From: the human T2T-CHM13v2.0 reference genome, Homo sapiens
DNA length: 64,000 bases
NCBI RefSeq assembly: GCF_009914755.1
Contig: NC_060934.1
Strand: one strand, 5' to 3'
Below the pieces are notes generated by a model. The model did not search any database, had not been told where the DNA came from, and worked only from the letters and a program-made list of their open reading frames with translations. A program made the translations under genes and the position numbers. Below are positions 63,281 through 64,000 of this stretch, in pieces (position 1 is the first letter of the stretch; each line of letters starts with the position of its first letter).

Positions 63281-64000
63281 TTTTATTATAAGAGAGTGTT
63301 AAGACTTTGTCATATCTTTTTTTGCATCTATTGACATGGTCGTTTGTTTTTTGTTCTTTACTTGATCAATATGGTGTTTGTATTGATTGATTTTTATGTG
63401 TTGAACCAATTTTGCATTCCTAGGATAAATTCCGCTTGACCATGGCGAAAAATTTTTAAAATGTGTTGCTTGATGTATATTCATCAGTTATGTTGGTCTC
63501 TTGTTTGCTTTTCTTGTGATGTCTTTGTCTGGTTTTGGTTTATTAAGGTAATCGTGGCCTTATAGAATGAGTTGGGAAGTGTTTCTTCCTCTTTTGTTTT
63601 TTATAAGAGTTTGTGAAGTATTAGTGTTAATCATTTAAATGTTTCGTATAATTTACTAGTAAGCCTTTTGTGCTGGAGCATTTGTTTGTGGAAAGATTTT
63701 TGATTACTGATTTACTCTCTTGTTACAATCTATTTGGATTTTTTATTTCTTCTTGAATTGGCTTTGGTAGTTTGTGTCTTTCTGGATATTTGTCCATCTC
63801 TTCTAGGTTATCTAATTTGGTAGTATGAAATTATTCATAGTATTCCCTTGTAATTCTTTTTATTTATGTAAGGTTAGAAGTTCTGAACCTTGTTCACTCT
63901 TCATTTTAGTAAATTGAGTTTTTAATTTTATTTTTTCTTGGTTCATCTAGTGAAAAGTTTGTCAGTTTTATTGATCTTTCCAGGAACTTTTGTTTCTTAA
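63281..64000 (-). mobile_element. Old L1M ORF2 fragment (runs off window)
   Basis: GCATCTATTGACATG...TGTTGAACCAATTTTGCATTCCTAGGATAAATTCC...GGCCTTATAGAATGAGTTGGGAAGTG. Confidence 0.8.

Overview
Repeat-dense, AT-rich, CpG-poor primate genomic DNA. It is almost certainly human, because it carries a consensus-like AluYa5. The window covers about 34 kb upstream of MALRD1 (MAM and LDL-receptor class A domain containing 1, Diet1 orthologue) and the gene's 5' end on the + strand. Coding exon 1 (33967-34165) encodes the signal peptide and a 4-Cys LDLa module. Exon 2 (51748-51888) starts the first MAM domain. Intron 1 holds a full-length, sense-oriented UBE2V1-derived processed pseudogene (36468-38851, 14-bp TSD) split by an AluY. 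The rest is Alu, L1, L2, MIR, MaLR/ERV LTR and MER DNA-transposon debris; the other ORF-track entries are repeat-derived or show no recognisable protein features. I found no evidence of a novel multi-gene system. The most interesting signals are small-scale: five twin-primed L1 insertions (one with an apparent 3' transduction, two stacked at one L2 site), a candidate uORF and intestinal TF-motif cluster before the MALRD1 ATG, a perfect 23-bp palindrome centred on an AP-1 site, a read-through frame giving a complete secreted LDLa mini-protein, and inverted Alu pairs. Repeat subfamily calls come from remembered consensus sequences. Old-repeat boundaries are approximate.
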